DNA of 61,788 bases from Desulfuromonadales bacterium (GCA_014859605.1 JACUTW010000004.1:1-61788), one strand, 5' to 3'. Counted from the stretch's first letter, positions 17,702 through 29,478 are shown. Numbers and translations are program-made. The notes: a model not told the origin generated them from the sequence alone.

Positions 17702-18100
17702 CTAAACTCTTCTGCGCTTGGGTGGACGACAACCATTATGAGGAATGGGTGTAACGTCCTTAATCATTGTAACATTCAAGCCGGTAGCCTGAAGGGCACG
17801 CAAAGCAGACTCACGGCCGGAACCTGGCCCTTTAACAAAAACTTGAACACTACGAAGTCCATGCTCTTGAGCCTTTTTAGCGGCATCCTCCGCCGCCATC
17901 TGCGCTGCAAAAGGAGTACTCTTACGAGAGCCCTTAAATCCTTTTGTCCCGCAACTCGACCAGGAAAGGACATTACCCGACACGTCACTAATAGTAACAA
18001 TAGTATTATTGAACGTCGCTTGGATATGAACGACACCGTTAGAAACGTTCTTTTTCTCTTTGGTCTTTCTGACGACCTTCTTACTAGAAGCCTTAGCCAT
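17702..18100 (-). CDS. rpsK: 30S ribosomal protein S11
   Basis: [20 protein letters not shown]...[18 protein letters not shown] is an S11 signature. Confidence 0.97.
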   Translation of the reverse strand: MAKASSKKVVRKTKEKKNVSNGVVHIQATFNNTIVTISDVSGNVLSWSSCGTKGFKGSRKSTPFAAQMAAEDAAKKAQEHGLRSVQVFVKGPGSGRESALRALQATGLNVTMIKDVTPIPHNGCRPPKRRRV

Positions 18101-18111
18101 CTTTCCTCCGA

Positions 18112-18480
18112 TTATTTCTTCTTGCCGGCGACTGTTTTACGCGGCCCCTTACGAGTTCGCGCATTCGTCTTGGTTTTCTGTCCACGAACCGGCAAGCCAC
18201 GACGATGACGAAGACCACGATAACAACCAAGATCCATAAGACGCTTGATGCTAGCGGTGACATCACGGCGCAAATCACCTTCCACTTTGAACTCTCGGTC
18301 GATAACATCACGAATCTGACCGATTTCAACTTCAGTCAAACTGTCACTACGCGAATTCGAGTCGACCCCGGCTTTACTAAGGATCTTTTGGGAAGTTGCT
18401 CGTCCGATACCATAAATATAGGTAAGCGCAACTTCTATCCGCTTGTTTCTAGGTATGTCGATACCAGCGATACGTGCCAA
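18112..18480 (-). CDS. rpsM: 30S ribosomal protein S13
   Basis: [26 protein letters not shown] is an S13 signature. Confidence 0.97.
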   Translation of the reverse strand: MARIAGIDIPRNKRIEVALTYIYGIGRATSQKILSKAGVDSNSRSDSLTEVEIGQIRDVIDREFKVEGDLRRDVTASIKRLMDLGCYRGLRHRRGLPVRGQKTKTNARTRKGPRKTVAGKKK

Positions 18481-18495
18481 TTTATGTTCCTCCTG

Positions 18496-18609
18496 TTATC
18501 CCTGTTTCTGCTTGTGCTTGGGATTCTCGCAAATGATCCGCACGATCCCTTTACGTTTGACAACCTTGCACTTGACGCAGATAGCCTTGACTGAAGCGCG
18601 AACTTTCAT
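18496..18609 (-). CDS. rpmJ: 50S ribosomal protein L36 (zinc-binding C+ form); absent from the ORF track because it is under 60 aa
   Basis: My manual translation of the minus strand gives [37 protein letters not shown], with ATG at 18609 and TAA at 18498-18496. It lies between rpsM and map. Confidence 0.9.
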   Translation of the reverse strand: MKVRASVKAICVKCKVVKRKGIVRIICENPKHKQKQG

Positions 18610-18660
18610 GTGTTGATTCCTTTTATATCTTATCGTGACGTTGCATAAAACGAAGCCCGA

Positions 18661-19407
18661 CTAGGGCAACGTTAAAATAACTGGACCATCGGTTGTAATG
18701 GCGACTGTGTGTTCAAAATGAGATGACGGTCGCCCATCTGCCGTCACCGCTGTCCAGCCATCTGCAAGGATCTTTACTTCTGCACAACCCGCATTGACCA
18801 TAGGCTCAATCGCCAACACCATTCCCGGCTTCAATCTCGAACCGTGACCAGGTTGACCAAAGTTAGGAACCTGTGGTGCCTCGTGAAGTTTTTGCCCTAT
18901 ACCGTGCCCGACAAAATCACGAACGACTGAAAAACCTCGTGATTCGACATAAGACTGAACCGCCCAGGAAATATCAGAAATCCGCTTACCTGGCTGCGCC
19001 GCAGCAATACCCTGCGCTAACGACTCCCGGGTCACTTCATTCAAACACTTCTTTTCATCATCTATCCGACCAATCGGGATTGTTATCGCCGCATCACCGA
19101 AGTACCCATGATACTGCACCCCGAAATCGACACTAAGAATGTCGCCATCCTGTAAGGGTTGATCATCAGCAAAGCCATGTACAACTTTATGATTTGGTGA
19201 AGCACAAATCGAATAAGGAAAACCGCCATACCCCTTGAATGCGGGCTTAGCTTTCCTCTTAAGACATTCTGCTTCAGCAACAAAATCAAGTTCGCGAGTT
19301 GTTACACCGACCGCAGCCTTCTCCTGCAAGATCTGGAGAATTTCAGCGACAATGCGACCTGAATCCCGCATCCTTAGTATTTCTGCTTTACTCTTAAGCG
19401 GAATCAC
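18661..19407 (-). CDS. map: type I methionine aminopeptidase
   Basis: 248 aa. Metal-ligand motifs (DILSVDFG, GHGIG, LAIEP, FEHT). The start overlaps the adk stop by 4 nt. Confidence 0.95.
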   Translation of the reverse strand: MIPLKSKAEILRMRDSGRIVAEILQILQEKAAVGVTTRELDFVAEAECLKRKAKPAFKGYGGFPYSICASPNHKVVHGFADDQPLQDGDILSVDFGVQYHGYFGDAAITIPIGRIDDEKKCLNEVTRESLAQGIAAAQPGKRISDISWAVQSYVESRGFSVVRDFVGHGIGQKLHEAPQVPNFGQPGHGSRLKPGMVLAIEPMVNAGCAEVKILADGWTAVTADGRPSSHFEHTVAITTDGPVILTLP

Positions 19408-20054
19408 CGCAAAGCCGACAAAATTGCAACAATCTTTTCCTGGACAAGTGCAATATCCTCCATGCCATCTACAGTAAAAAGCAAACCCTGCTCGCCATAA
19501 TAACCGATCAGGGGCGCTGTCTGCTGACGATACACAGACAAGCGATGACGAATCGTTTCCTCACGATCATCATCACGCTGAAACAATTCTCCGCCACAAC
19601 CATCACAACGATCCGGCTGTCGCGAAGGACTGAACCTCAAATGATAACCCGCTCCACAGTTACGACAAGTACGCCGTCCGGTCAATCTCTCGACCAGCAC
19701 CTCTTCACCCACTTCCAGGGAAACAACAGCCTGCAAGGGATAGCTCATCTGCACCAGGGTTTTGTGCAAATCGTCTGCCTGCGCAACTGTACGCGGAAAT
19801 CCGTCCAAGATAAAACCTAGCACACAATCAGCTTGCTGGAGACGTTCACAAACAATACCAACAACAACTTCGTCGGGAACAAGAGCTCCTGAATCCATAA
19901 AGGCTTTAGCACGCACCCCCATCGGGGTACCTTCTCGCACTGCTGACCTCAGGATATCTCCCGTAGAAATCTGAGGAATATTGAAGCGTTCTGTTATAGC
20001 CTTAGCTTGCGTCCCTTTGCCTGCACCCGGGGGGCCAAGTAATATGATTCTCAT
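19404..20054 (-). CDS. adk: adenylate kinase (Cys4 zinc lid)
   Basis: MRIILLGPPGAGKGTQA P-loop. The lid is CRNCGAGYH...CDGCGG. Confidence 0.97.
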   Translation of the reverse strand: MRIILLGPPGAGKGTQAKAITERFNIPQISTGDILRSAVREGTPMGVRAKAFMDSGALVPDEVVVGIVCERLQQADCVLGFILDGFPRTVAQADDLHKTLVQMSYPLQAVVSLEVGEEVLVERLTGRRTCRNCGAGYHLRFSPSRQPDRCDGCGGELFQRDDDREETIRHRLSVYRQQTAPLIGYYGEQGLLFTVDGMEDIALVQEKIVAILSALR

Positions 20055-20070
20055 AACAGAATATCCAAAC

Positions 20071-21381
20071 CTAGTCCCGGCGGCCCTTTATCGACGCACC
20101 CTTCATAAAACCCTCATAAGAGCGAGAGATCAGGTGTGCCTCTATCTGAGCTGCGGTGTCAAGACCAACACCAACGACAATCAGCAGTGAGGTGCCTCCA
20201 AAATAAAAGGGGACATTAAATTCGCTAACGAGAATCGTCGGCAGAACACAAACAGCAGAGACGTAAATAGCGCCAGCAAAAGTTAAACGACCAAGAACCA
20301 CATCCAGATAATCGGCTGTCTCCGAACCGGGACGGATACCCGGGACATAACCGCCCTGTCGCTTTACATTTTCAGCCACGTCGACGGGGTTAAAGGTGAC
20401 AGCTGTGTAGAAGTAGCAGAAAAAAATGATAAAAGCAACAAATAATACATTATACAGCCAATTACTCGGCGTCATCATTCCCGCAACCGTACGAACCCAA
20501 GGGATATCGACTAAGCTAGCGATGGTAGCCGGGAACATGATTATCGAACTTGCGAAAATCGGGGGGATAACGCCAGCCATATTCAACTTTAACGGAAGAT
20601 GACTCGATTGACCACCGTAGGTCTTCATCCCGACAACGCGCTTGGCGTGGTGAATAGGAATCCGACGCTGTGCCCGCTCCATAAAGATGATGGCCCAAAC
20701 GACCAGGACCATAGCCGCGACAATAAGCAACAAGACCATTGGCCCCATTGCCCCGGTCTTGACCAAACGTAAGGAGTTAACGATGGCTGAGGGCATATTG
20801 GCGACAATGCCAGCAAAGATTATTAGCGAAATCCCGTTACCAATACCACGCTCGGTAATCTGCTCCCCGATCCACATGATAAAAGCAGTTCCGGCAGTCA
20901 GCGTTATGATTGTCAGCAGGATAAATGCAATTCCGGGATGAGTGACGACAGGTTCGCCAGCAGGACCGCGCATGGTCTGAAGACCAATCGCAATCCCGGC
21001 TCCCTGGACGACTGACAGCACAACTGTCCCGTAACGCGTCCAACGCGTGATGGTTTTTCGTCCCTGCTCGCCCTCTTTAGACAAACGCTGAACAGGTTCA
21101 AAAACAACCGTTAGCAATTGCAGAATGATTGATGCACTGATATACGGCATAATCCCTAAAGCGAAGATAGTCATCCGCTCTAAAGCGCCACCGGTAAATG
21201 CACTCACCAAACCGAGAAGTGTCCCCTCTGTCCCGGAAAAAAACTGCGCCAACACCTGGGAATCAATACCTGGAGTCGGGATGTGACACCCGATCCGGTA
21301 GACGGCCAGCATCCCTAAAGTAAAGAATATGCGGCGACGAAGCTCTGGGATATTGAAGATATTCTGAATGCTGGCTATCAC
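20071..21381 (-). CDS. secY: preprotein translocase subunit SecY
   Basis: 436 aa polytopic membrane protein. ELRRRIFFTLGMLAVYRIG, LGIMPYISASII. It sits at the conserved position after rplO. Confidence 0.97.
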   Translation of the reverse strand: MIASIQNIFNIPELRRRIFFTLGMLAVYRIGCHIPTPGIDSQVLAQFFSGTEGTLLGLVSAFTGGALERMTIFALGIMPYISASIILQLLTVVFEPVQRLSKEGEQGRKTITRWTRYGTVVLSVVQGAGIAIGLQTMRGPAGEPVVTHPGIAFILLTIITLTAGTAFIMWIGEQITERGIGNGISLIIFAGIVANMPSAIVNSLRLVKTGAMGPMVLLLIVAAMVLVVWAIIFMERAQRRIPIHHAKRVVGMKTYGGQSSHLPLKLNMAGVIPPIFASSIIMFPATIASLVDIPWVRTVAGMMTPSNWLYNVLFVAFIIFFCYFYTAVTFNPVDVAENVKRQGGYVPGIRPGSETADYLDVVLGRLTFAGAIYVSAVCVLPTILVSEFNVPFYFGGTSLLIVVGVGLDTAAQIEAHLISRSYEGFMKGASIKGRRD

Positions 21382-21383
21382 GA

Positions 21384-21824
21384 TTAAAGGACCTCGACAG
21401 TACCGCCGGCTTTTTCGATCTTTTCCTGGGCTGACTTGCTGAACTTGTGAGCTTTGACCGTCAGGGGCTTGCTCAAGTCACCATCACCAAGGATCTTTAT
21501 TCCGTCTTGCAAGTCATTGACAAGACCCGCGAGACCATAATCATCCAGATCAATGACACTGCCAGCATCAAAAAGTTCGAGGTCACGCAGATTAATGACT
21601 GCGTATACGGTCTTATCCAGAGGACGGAAACCCCGTTTAGGCACACGGCGCTGCAAAGGCATCTGTCCACCTTCAAAGCCAGCCTTAATGCTGCCACCGG
21701 AACGGGCTTTTTGTCCTTTGTGACCTTTACCGGATGTCTTGCCAAGACCAGAACCAGCGCCTCGACCAATCCGTTTTCTTGTTTTAGTGGAACCTATCGC
21801 CGGTTTCAGGCAGCTCAGATCCAT
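21384..21824 (-). CDS. rplO: 50S ribosomal protein L15
   Basis: RIGRGAGSGLGKTSGKGHKGQKARSG is an L15 signature. Confidence 0.97.
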   Translation of the reverse strand: MDLSCLKPAIGSTKTRKRIGRGAGSGLGKTSGKGHKGQKARSGGSIKAGFEGGQMPLQRRVPKRGFRPLDKTVYAVINLRDLELFDAGSVIDLDDYGLAGLVNDLQDGIKILGDGDLSKPLTVKAHKFSKSAQEKIEKAGGTVEVL

Positions 21825-21840
21825 AACGACTCTCTTTCAT

Positions 21841-22020
21841 CTATTCTTCAACAACAACCATATGGGCGACTTTACGAATCATCCCGCGAATTTCCGGGGT
21901 ATCCTGCAGGCATACACTTTGATGCATCCTGGTCAAGCCCAAGCCTTTAAGGACCTTGGTAAAATACGCGTTACGGGCAATACCGCTCTTCGTTTTGGTT
22001 ACCTTTAATTGTCCAGCCAT
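21841..22020 (-). CDS. rpmD: 50S ribosomal protein L30
   Basis: MAGQLKVTKTKSGIAR....KVLKGLGLTRMHQSV is an L30 signature. GGGAGAG RBS. The start was moved to Met25 of the track ORF. Confidence 0.92.
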   Translation of the reverse strand: MAGQLKVTKTKSGIARNAYFTKVLKGLGLTRMHQSVCLQDTPEIRGMIRKVAHMVVVEE

Positions 22021-22021
22021 T

Positions 22022-22537
22022 TTACTCTCCCTGACCCACGGTTTCAGGATTTTGTCCACCAAGACCGCGCATTGCCATAATTTGCTCTGCACTCTTCAGC
22101 TGACTAAGGGCATTGACTGTCGCCTTAACGACATTATGAGGATTATTCGAGCCAATGCACTTGGAAAGAATATCACCTACCCCGGTCACCTCAAGGACAG
22201 CGCGAGCTGCGCCGCCGGCAATAACGCCTGTACCAGCCGAAGCCGGTTTAAGCAGAACTTTACCAGCGCCGAATTTACCAAGCACTTCAAAGGGGATCGA
22301 TCGATCCTTTAAAGGAACTTTGATCAGATTCTTTTTGGCCTGTTCTACCCCTTTACGGATAGCTTCAGGAACCTCTTTCGCCTTACCAAGACCATAGCCG
22401 ATCATTCCCTGCCCGTCACCAACAACGACGAGTGCAGAAAAACTAAAACGACGTCCGCCTTTTACAACCTTGGCACAGCGGTTAATGTGTATGACCTTAT
22501 CAGTCAGATTCAACTCATTGGGATCGATGCGATGCAA
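22022..22537 (-). CDS. rpsE: 30S ribosomal protein S5
   Basis: [30 protein letters not shown] is an S5 signature. AAGGAGG lies 6 nt before the TTG at 22537. The track GTG start at 22573 would overlap rplR by 23 nt. Confidence 0.9.
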   Translation of the reverse strand: MHRIDPNELNLTDKVIHINRCAKVVKGGRRFSFSALVVVGDGQGMIGYGLGKAKEVPEAIRKGVEQAKKNLIKVPLKDRSIPFEVLGKFGAGKVLLKPASAGTGVIAGGAARAVLEVTGVGDILSKCIGSNNPHNVVKATVNALSQLKSAEQIMAMRGLGGQNPETVGQGE

Positions 22538-22550
22538 AGCAATCCTCCTT

Positions 22551-22925
22551 CTAAAAAACCAACCCGGCTTCACGAGCCGCGTCCGCTAGCGCCTTCACCC
22601 GGCCGTGATAGAGAAAACCATTACGGTCAAAAACAACTTTGGTAATGTTATTCTCCAGTGCTTTTTTGGCAATAGCCTTTCCGACCGCTTTGGCCGAATC
22701 GACATTCCCAGTGCAATCACACTCCGCGGCAACTTCTTTGTTGACGGTGGAGACAGCAACCAGGGTACGGCCGGTGGTGTCCTCAATGATCTGCGCATAA
22801 ATATGCTTGGCACTGCGAAAGACCGAGAGACGAGGACGTTCAGGGGAACCCTGGACTACACGCCGAACACGTATCTTTCTTTTCAGCCGGGCATTACGCC
22901 TTTCACATGCGACGTTCACTGTCAT
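22551..22925 (-). CDS. rplR: 50S ribosomal protein L18
   Basis: [38 protein letters not shown] is an L18 signature. Confidence 0.96.
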   Translation of the reverse strand: MTVNVACERRNARLKRKIRVRRVVQGSPERPRLSVFRSAKHIYAQIIEDTTGRTLVAVSTVNKEVAAECDCTGNVDSAKAVGKAIAKKALENNITKVVFDRNGFLYHGRVKALADAAREAGLVF

Positions 22926-22945
22926 TCTCCTCGCACGAAAACTAA

Positions 22946-23485
22946 TTATTTCTTACCGGTTTTGCCGGCTTTGCGGATGATCCGCTCTTCTGCATATTTT
23001 ATCCCTTTGCCTTTATAGGGCTCAGGACTACGAAATGAACGAATTTTTGCGGCTACCGCGCCAACGAGTTCTTTGTCAATCCCCTTGAGAGTAATTTTCG
23101 TCTGCTTTTCTACCTCTGCAGAAACACCTTCCGGCAGAAGATAGTCAATCGGATGGGAAAATCCAAGAAGGAGGTTAAGAGTTGTTCCTCTTGCGTCGGC
23201 ACGATAACCGACACCATTGATATCTAGAACTCTGACGAAGCCTTTTGTGACACCTTCGACCATATTGGCGATCAAAGTACGGGTCAATCCGTGCAGCGCC
23301 GCAGTATTGTCAGACTGGGGATCCTGATCGACATTAATGCGATCAGCCTCAACAGTAATCAGTACTCCGGCCGAGAGTTCACGGGTTAGCGTGCCACCTG
23401 GGCCCTGCACTTTCATTGTGGTTCCGCTGAGCGAAACTTTGACACCAGCAGGGATAATTACGGGTTTTTTTCCGATACGGGACAT
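22946..23485 (-). CDS. rplF: 50S ribosomal protein L6
   Basis: [21 protein letters not shown].. is the L6 N-terminus. AAGGAGAG RBS. The start was moved to Met29 of the track ORF. Confidence 0.95.
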   Translation of the reverse strand: MSRIGKKPVIIPAGVKVSLSGTTMKVQGPGGTLTRELSAGVLITVEADRINVDQDPQSDNTAALHGLTRTLIANMVEGVTKGFVRVLDINGVGYRADARGTTLNLLLGFSHPIDYLLPEGVSAEVEKQTKITLKGIDKELVGAVAAKIRSFRSPEPYKGKGIKYAEERIIRKAGKTGKK

Positions 23486-23510
23486 AACTACATCTCTCCT
23501 TGCCGTACTC

Positions 23511-23909
23511 TTACCAGATTGTGCAGAGCACTTCGCCGCCCACTTGCGCCTCACGGGCTGCCGTGTCATCTAGGACGCCTCTTGAGGTTGAGAGAATGGC
23601 GCAACCGAGCCCGCTCTTGACCTTAGGGATCTCATCCTTGCCGACGTATACACGCCGTCCCGGGGTCGACACCCGTTTGATCTCATGAATGACGGGCAGA
23701 TTCTGCTCATCGAATTTCAGGTAGATACGCAAGACCCCCTGCTTGTCATCGCTGACGGTCTTATAGTTTTTAATGTAGCCGAGGTTCTTAAGAACTTCAG
23801 CTATCGCCACCTTCAAATTAGATGAGGGAAGATCTAATTTCTGGTGCCGGGCAAGACCCGCATTACGAATGCGGGTTAACAGGTCGGCGATGGGATCGGT
23901 CATTGCCAT
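23511..23909 (-). CDS. rpsH: 30S ribosomal protein S8
   Basis: [15 protein letters not shown] is an S8 signature. Confidence 0.96.
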   Translation of the reverse strand: MAMTDPIADLLTRIRNAGLARHQKLDLPSSNLKVAIAEVLKNLGYIKNYKTVSDDKQGVLRIYLKFDEQNLPVIHEIKRVSTPGRRVYVGKDEIPKVKSGLGCAILSTSRGVLDDTAAREAQVGGEVLCTIW

Positions 23910-23930
23910 GGATAAAGCTCTCCTTATTCT

Positions 23931-24116
23931 TTACCAGCTAGACTTAATCACGCCGGGAAGTTTTCCGACGGAAGCCAGCTTGCGCAGACAGATACGACAC
24001 ATGTCGAATTTGCGGTAGTAGGCGCGCGGCCGACCGCACAGCGGGCAGCGGTTGTAGTTCTGAACCGCAAATTTCTTAGGGCGTGCGGCCTTGATCATCA
24101 TCGATTTCTTTGCCAC
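23931..24116 (-). CDS. rpsN: 30S ribosomal protein S14, short zinc-binding type Z
   Basis: 61 aa. [20 protein letters not shown] is a Cys4 motif. Confidence 0.95.
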   Translation of the reverse strand: MAKKSMMIKAARPKKFAVQNYNRCPLCGRPRAYYRKFDMCRICLRKLASVGKLPGVIKSSW

Positions 24117-24134
24117 GTTCTTCCTCCGCTGTAC

Positions 24135-24674
24135 TTACTTGCGAAACGGCATGCCCATAGCCGCCAACAGGGCGCGGCCCTGTTCGTCAGTGCGAGCAGT
24201 CGTTACTATGGTGACATTAAGCCCCTTGACCTTGTCGACTTTATCGACTTCGATCTCGGGAAAAATCAACTGCTCCCTGACACCCAGGGTGTAGTTGCCG
24301 CGTCCGTCAAAAGCTTTCGCAGAGACACCTCGAAAGTCACGAACACGCGGAAGGCTGATATTGATCAAACGATCAAGGAATTCATAAGCACGGTCACGAC
24401 GTAACGTCACCATGCAACCGATAGGCATTCCTTCGCGCAACTTGAATGCTGCAATCGACTTCTTCGCTTTGGTGACGACGGCCTTCTGGCCAGTGATCTT
24501 GCCAAGCTCTTCGACTGCTGCCTCAAGAATCTTGATATTCTGTATGGCGTCACCGAGGCCCATATTGATGACAACCTTCTCGACACGCGGAACATCCATT
24601 TTATTCTTCAGCCCAAGCTCTGTAAGAAGCTTGGGTGCCAGTTCAGACTGGTAGATATCTTTCAGCCTTGCCAT
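24135..24674 (-). CDS. rplE: 50S ribosomal protein L5
   Basis: [17 protein letters not shown]... is the L5 N-terminus. The start was moved to Met40 of the track ORF, with a GGAGGA RBS. Confidence 0.95.
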   Translation of the reverse strand: MARLKDIYQSELAPKLLTELGLKNKMDVPRVEKVVINMGLGDAIQNIKILEAAVEELGKITGQKAVVTKAKKSIAAFKLREGMPIGCMVTLRRDRAYEFLDRLINISLPRVRDFRGVSAKAFDGRGNYTLGVREQLIFPEIEVDKVDKVKGLNVTIVTTARTDEQGRALLAAMGMPFRK

Positions 24675-24688
24675 GGAATCATCCTCCG

Positions 24689-25018
24689 TTACTTGTCGAG
24701 AAGTTCGTTGCACTTCTTGCAAAAACGAGCCTTGGTTCCGTCGGTAAGAATACGCGCTCCGGTCCTTGTCGGTTTGTTGCAGGAACCACACACAATCATC
24801 ACATTCGATGCATCCAGAGCGGCTTCCCGCTCAAAGATACCGCCATCCGTTTTGCCACGGGTAGGACGCTTGTGACGCTTGATCATATTGAGATTTTCAA
24901 CGGTGAGTCGGCCCTTTGAAGGAAAAACCTGCAAAACCTTGCCCGACTTCCCCTTCTCTTTGCCAGCGATCACCATCACGGTATCACTCTTTTTTACATG
25001 CAGCCACTTTGCCGCCAT
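24689..25018 (-). CDS. rplX: 50S ribosomal protein L24
   Basis: [24 protein letters not shown] is a KOW motif. It sits at the conserved spc operon position. Confidence 0.95.
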   Translation of the reverse strand: MAAKWLHVKKSDTVMVIAGKEKGKSGKVLQVFPSKGRLTVENLNMIKRHKRPTRGKTDGGIFEREAALDASNVMIVCGSCNKPTRTGARILTDGTKARFCKKCNELLDK

Positions 25019-25033
25019 TGTCTTATCTCCACA

Positions 25034-25402
25034 TCAAAGAACTTCGGGAGCCAGGGACACGATCTTCATAAAACGCTTTGCACGGAGTTCGCGCGCCACA
25101 GGTCCGAAGATACGAGTTCCAATCGGATCGCCAGCAGCATTGACTACCACTGCCGAGTTATTGTCGAATCTAATATGCGAGCCATCGGGACGACCAACTT
25201 CTTTAGCCGTTCTGACGATAACTGCACGCACGACATCGCCTTTTTTTACCTTCGATGCAGGAATCGATTCCTTTACCGAGCAGATAATAATGTCACCGAT
25301 ACCCGCATATTTACGCTTCGATCCGCCGAGCACCTTGATGCAGCAGAGCTTGCGCGCGCCGGAATTATCAGCCACATCCAGTGTCGTCTGCATCTGGATC
25401 AT
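25034..25402 (-). CDS. rplN: 50S ribosomal protein L14
   Basis: [28 protein letters not shown] is an L14 signature. Confidence 0.97.
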   Translation of the reverse strand: MIQMQTTLDVADNSGARKLCCIKVLGGSKRKYAGIGDIIICSVKESIPASKVKKGDVVRAVIVRTAKEVGRPDGSHIRFDNNSAVVVNAAGDPIGTRIFGPVARELRAKRFMKIVSLAPEVL

Positions 25403-25416
25403 ACTTCAGATCTCCT

Positions 25417-25683
25417 CTATACGCTGACGTACTTTTCAATAATCTCGCGGACTCGCCACCGCTTGTCACGCGACAGCGGTCTGGTCTCCACGATCAGCAC
25501 CTTATCGCCCACTTTAGACTCATTCAGTTCATCATGGGCTTTAATTTTAACGCGCCGCTTGATGTACTTTTTGTAAATCGGATGCGCAACCAACTGGTCA
25601 AGCTGCACAACGACAGTCTTTTCCATCTTGTCGCTGACCACGATTCCAATCCGGGTTTTTCTATTCCCGCGTTCGATTGCCAT
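25417..25683 (-). CDS. rpsQ: 30S ribosomal protein S17
   Basis: [40 protein letters not shown] is an S17 signature. Confidence 0.96.
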   Translation of the reverse strand: MAIERGNRKTRIGIVVSDKMEKTVVVQLDQLVAHPIYKKYIKRRVKIKAHDELNESKVGDKVLIVETRPLSRDKRWRVREIIEKYVSV

Positions 25684-25709
25684 GTCCTAATATCCTCGCG
25701 AAGACAAAT

Positions 25710-25898
25710 TTATCCCTGCTTTTCTTGCAGGATTGTGTTAACCCGGGCAATATCCCTGCGCACGTCGTTAATACGTGACGAGTTTTCCAGGTGACCGGTA
25801 TGAAGTTGAAACTTGAGGGTAAAAAGCTCCTGGTTCAAATCGGACGCTTTCTTCTGCAAGTCAGTTGCAGAAAGGTTACGGATTTCACTAGCCTTCAT
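25710..25898 (-). CDS. rpmC: 50S ribosomal protein L29
   Basis: [31 protein letters not shown] is an L29 signature. GAGGAG RBS. It overlaps the rplP 3' end by 11 nt. Confidence 0.93.
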   Translation of the reverse strand: MKASEIRNLSATDLQKKASDLNQELFTLKFQLHTGHLENSSRINDVRRDIARVNTILQEKQG

Positions 25899-26313
25899 AA
25901 CCGATCTCCTCACGCATCACGAACTTGGTTTTAATCGGCAACTTGTGGGCGGCCAGTCGAAATGCTTCACGGGCAACAGACTCTTCGACCCCATGCATTT
26001 CGTACAAAATAACGCCTGGACGAACCACGGCTACCCAGCTATCCAAAGACCCTTTACCGCTACCCATACGAGTTTCAGCAGGCTTGCTGGTCAATGGTTT
26101 ATGCGGAAAAACACGAATCCAGATTTTGCCACCACGCTTGACATAACGGGTCATAGCACGACGTGCTGCCTCGATCTGCCGTGCAGAAACCCACGCACAA
26201 TCAAGAGACTGAAGACCGAAATCACCAAAATTCAGTTCAGTTCCGCCTGGCGCAGCACCACGCATACGCCCTTTAAATTGCTTTCTATGTTTAACCTTTT
26301 TCGGCATCAACAT
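25888..26313 (-). CDS. rplP: 50S ribosomal protein L16
   Basis: [19 protein letters not shown] is an L16 signature. Confidence 0.97.
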   Translation of the reverse strand: MLMPKKVKHRKQFKGRMRGAAPGGTELNFGDFGLQSLDCAWVSARQIEAARRAMTRYVKRGGKIWIRVFPHKPLTSKPAETRMGSGKGSLDSWVAVVRPGVILYEMHGVEESVAREAFRLAAHKLPIKTKFVMREEIGYEG

Positions 26314-26337
26314 GACGCTTAAACTCCTTGCGAAAAC

Positions 26338-26973
26338 TTATTGCTCGCGAGCGAGGATCTCACCTTTAAAGATAAGAACCTTGATTCCGATAATTCCGTA
26401 GGTCGTCTTCGCTTCGGCAAAACCGTAATCGATATCTGCACGCAGAGTATGAAGAGGTACGCGACCTTCGCGGTACCATTCCGTACGAGCGATTTCAGCA
26501 CCACCGAGACGTCCGCTGGAAGTAATCTTGATTCCCTGCGCACCGAATTTGAGTGCTTGCGTCACGCTCTTTTTCATTGCCCGACGGAAAGCAACCCGAC
26601 GCTCAAGTTGAAGAGCTACGCTTTCAGCGACAAGCTGAGCATCAATTTCAGGTTTGCGAACCTCCTGAATGTTCAGGAAGATTTCTTTGTCGGTCAGTTT
26701 CGAAAGCTCTTTTTTAAGAGATTCGACTTCTGAACCCTTCTTGCCGATGATGATTCCAGGACGCGCCGCAAAGATATTAACCTTCACTTTATTAGAAGCA
26801 CGCTCAAGTTCAATCTTAGAAATACCGGCGTGAAACAAGCGCTTCTTCAAATACTCACGCAACTTGATGTCTTCATGCAGCAGCTTTGCGTAATCAGCCG
26901 ACGCGAACCATTTGGAATCCCAGGTTTTAATGACCCCGAGACGGAATCCTATTGGATTGACTTTGTGTCCCAA
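26338..26973 (-). CDS. rpsC: 30S ribosomal protein S3
   Basis: [24 protein letters not shown] is an S3 signature. Confidence 0.97.
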   Translation of the reverse strand: MGHKVNPIGFRLGVIKTWDSKWFASADYAKLLHEDIKLREYLKKRLFHAGISKIELERASNKVKVNIFAARPGIIIGKKGSEVESLKKELSKLTDKEIFLNIQEVRKPEIDAQLVAESVALQLERRVAFRRAMKKSVTQALKFGAQGIKITSSGRLGGAEIARTEWYREGRVPLHTLRADIDYGFAEAKTTYGIIGIKVLIFKGEILAREQ

Positions 26974-26998
26974 ACCATCACCTCCTCTAAGTGGCTAT

Positions 26999-27331
26999 TT
27001 ATTTCTCCGCCAGAACCACGAGGATGTGGCTGGTCGGTTTACGAATCTTGGTTGCACGCCCCTGTGCTCTCGGCAGGAAACGCTTCAAAACTGGCCCCTG
27101 ATCGACCATGATCTCTTTAATAAAGAGACGATCGACATCGGAGATACCCTTCTGCTCAGCATTTGCAACTGCGGAAGTCACCAGCGTCGAGACAATAGCT
27201 GCGGCCTTTTGCGGCGAAAACTTTAAAATATTTATGGCCTCTTGAACGGCCTTACCGCGCACCATATCCACAACAAGACGGGTCTTTTGCGGCGACAGAC
27301 GGGCATAACTCAGTTTGGCTTTGCTTTCCAT
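26999..27331 (-). CDS. rplV: 50S ribosomal protein L22
   Basis: ARLSPQKTRLVVDMVRGK.V.EA..IL.FSPQKAA is an L22 signature. Confidence 0.96.
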   Translation of the reverse strand: MESKAKLSYARLSPQKTRLVVDMVRGKAVQEAINILKFSPQKAAAIVSTLVTSAVANAEQKGISDVDRLFIKEIMVDQGPVLKRFLPRAQGRATKIRKPTSHILVVLAEK

Positions 27332-27357
27332 GGGGCTTCAACTCCTCTGCGGATCTG

Positions 27358-27642
27358 CTATTTCTTTTTGAGCTTGCTCTTTTTGTCAGCGCCGTGACCA
27401 TAGAAGGTGCGTGTCGGAGAGAATTCACCGAGCTTATGCCCGACCATATTTTCAGAAACAAAAACCGGCACAAATTTCTTGCCGTTATGAACAGCAAAAG
27501 TATAGCCGACAAACTCCGGCAGGATTGTTGAACGACGCGACCAAGTCTTGATGACCTTTTTCTGGACAGCTTCATCCTGACCAGTGATCTTGCGCGACAA
27601 ACATTCCTGAACGTAAGGGCCTTTTTTTATTGATCTTGCCAC
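27358..27642 (-). CDS. rpsS: 30S ribosomal protein S19
   Basis: [11 protein letters not shown]....[30 protein letters not shown] is an S19 signature. Confidence 0.97.
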   Translation of the reverse strand: MARSIKKGPYVQECLSRKITGQDEAVQKKVIKTWSRRSTILPEFVGYTFAVHNGKKFVPVFVSENMVGHKLGEFSPTRTFYGHGADKKSKLKKK

Positions 27643-27674
27643 TGCCGTCTCCTCTGTAAACGAAAAATTGAACT

Positions 27675-28499
27675 TTATTTAACTCTACGACGGACAATAA
27701 AGCGATCTGTCCGCTTATTGCCGCGAGTTTTATAACCTTTTGTCGGTATACCCCAAGGAGTAACCGGGTTACGTCCACCCGAACTCTTGCCCTCACCACC
27801 ACCGTGCGGATGATCAACAGGGTTCATAGCTACACCGCGGGATTGAGGACGAATTCCGAGCCACCGATTACGGCCGGCTTTACCAATCTTGACATTTTCA
27901 TGATCAAGATTACCGACCTGGCCGATAGTCGCACAGCAATCCTGCAGAACGAGACGAACTTCACCCGAAGGAAGACGCAATTGAGCGTACTTTCCATCTT
28001 TAGCGGCGATCATTGCATAGGTACCGGCGCTGCGGGCAAACTGCCCGCCTTTACCGACTTTAAGCTCAACGTTGTGGACCCAGGTGCCCTGCGGAATCGT
28101 TCGAATCGGCATAGCATTTCCCGGCTTGATATCAGCACCTTCGCTGGCAATGACGACATCACCAACCGAAAGTCCGTGCGGTGCAATGATATAACGCTTC
28201 TCGCCGTCAGCATAACAAAGGAGCGCGATGCGTGACGAACGATTTGGGTCGTACTCAATCGACACTACTTTTGCGGGAATTTCTTTTTTGTCACGGCGGA
28301 AATCGATCAGACGATATCTCCGTTTATGACCGCCACCCATATGTCGACTGGTAATACGACCAGCGTTATTACGACCTGTGCTGCGCTTCAGTGCAACAAC
28401 CAAACTCTTCTCGGGAGTTGATTTGGTTATTTCGTCAAAAGCTGCTGTAGTCATATGACGACGACCGGGAGAGGTCGGCTTGAATTTTTTTATCGCCAT
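27675..28499 (-). CDS. rplB: 50S ribosomal protein L2
   Basis: [16 protein letters not shown]... and [19 protein letters not shown] are L2 signatures. Confidence 0.97.
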   Translation of the reverse strand: MAIKKFKPTSPGRRHMTTAAFDEITKSTPEKSLVVALKRSTGRNNAGRITSRHMGGGHKRRYRLIDFRRDKKEIPAKVVSIEYDPNRSSRIALLCYADGEKRYIIAPHGLSVGDVVIASEGADIKPGNAMPIRTIPQGTWVHNVELKVGKGGQFARSAGTYAMIAAKDGKYAQLRLPSGEVRLVLQDCCATIGQVGNLDHENVKIGKAGRNRWLGIRPQSRGVAMNPVDHPHGGGEGKSSGGRNPVTPWGIPTKGYKTRGNKRTDRFIVRRRVK

Positions 28500-28535
28500 T
28501 CTCGTTACTCCGTCTTCGCTTTATACCGGTATCGT

Positions 28536-28823
28536 CTAGACGCCGAAGAAATCAATTTTACTTCCCTCAGTGAGGGTCACATAAGCCTTCTTATAATTAG
28601 AACGCTTGCCAAAGTTACGCCCGAAACGCTTTTGCTTTCCGGCGATAACGACTGTATTAACCTTGTCGACCTTGACATCAAAAGCTTTTTCAACAGCTTG
28701 TTTGATCTCAATCTTATTCGCATCGCGATTCACTTCAAAGACCACAACGCGGCTTTTTTCCTGTAAATCACTAGCTTTTTCGGTGATCAACGGACGCTGT
28801 ATAATTTGGTGGAGAGGTTTCAT
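28536..28823 (-). CDS. rplW: 50S ribosomal protein L23
   Basis: IIQRPLITEKAS.....VVFEVNRDANKIEIKQAVEKAFDVKV is an L23 signature. The ATG overlaps the rplD TGA (TGATG). Confidence 0.96.
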   Translation of the reverse strand: MKPLHQIIQRPLITEKASDLQEKSRVVVFEVNRDANKIEIKQAVEKAFDVKVDKVNTVVIAGKQKRFGRNFGKRSNYKKAYVTLTEGSKIDFFGV

Positions 28824-29443
28824 CAGACTAACGCTCCTTCCAGGTGAGCAACGGCATCTTCAGTGAGCAGCAATGTCCGGTACTTCATAACATCATAGAC
28901 ATTGACACCATCTGCGCGCAGCACCTTGACGTGAGGGAGGTTTTTGGCCGAGAGCTCAAGCTTCTGGTTCTCGCCGGCAAAAACGACCAACACATTTTCG
29001 TTAGCAAAACGACTCAAGAATTCAGCACAAGCTTTTGTACTGATTTTTTCAAGCTCAATTGCGTTAAGAACTGCCAGCTTTTCCCCCTTGAATCGAGCGG
29101 AAAGAGCGCAACGCAAGGCAGCTTTCTTAACTTTACGATTCAGCTTAAAGCTGTAATCACGCGGAGTAGGGCCGAAAACTGTGCCGCCGCCGACATAGTG
29201 AGGAGCGCGGATACAGCCTTGTCGTGCCCCGCCTGTCCCCTTCTGCTTGAAAGGCTTGCGACCACCGCCACGGACTTCTGAACGTCCCTTGGTGTCAGCA
29301 GTTCCCTGACGACGGGCCGCTAATTGATAGCGAACCATGTCGTGGATCAGGTAGCCTTTAACATCGGTATTGAAGACATCATCAGCGAGCTCACGCTCAC
29401 CAACTTGCTGTCTGTTTATGTCATAAACTGCAATTTTTGCCAT
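28823..29443 (-). CDS. rplD: 50S ribosomal protein L4
   Basis: 206 aa. [18 protein letters not shown] is an L4 signature. Confidence 0.96.
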   Translation of the reverse strand: MAKIAVYDINRQQVGERELADDVFNTDVKGYLIHDMVRYQLAARRQGTADTKGRSEVRGGGRKPFKQKGTGGARQGCIRAPHYVGGGTVFGPTPRDYSFKLNRKVKKAALRCALSARFKGEKLAVLNAIELEKISTKACAEFLSRFANENVLVVFAGENQKLELSAKNLPHVKVLRADGVNVYDVMKYRTLLLTEDAVAHLEGALV

Positions 29444-29478
29444 GCTTCGTCTCCAAACCCCACAATAGGCCAGGGTGT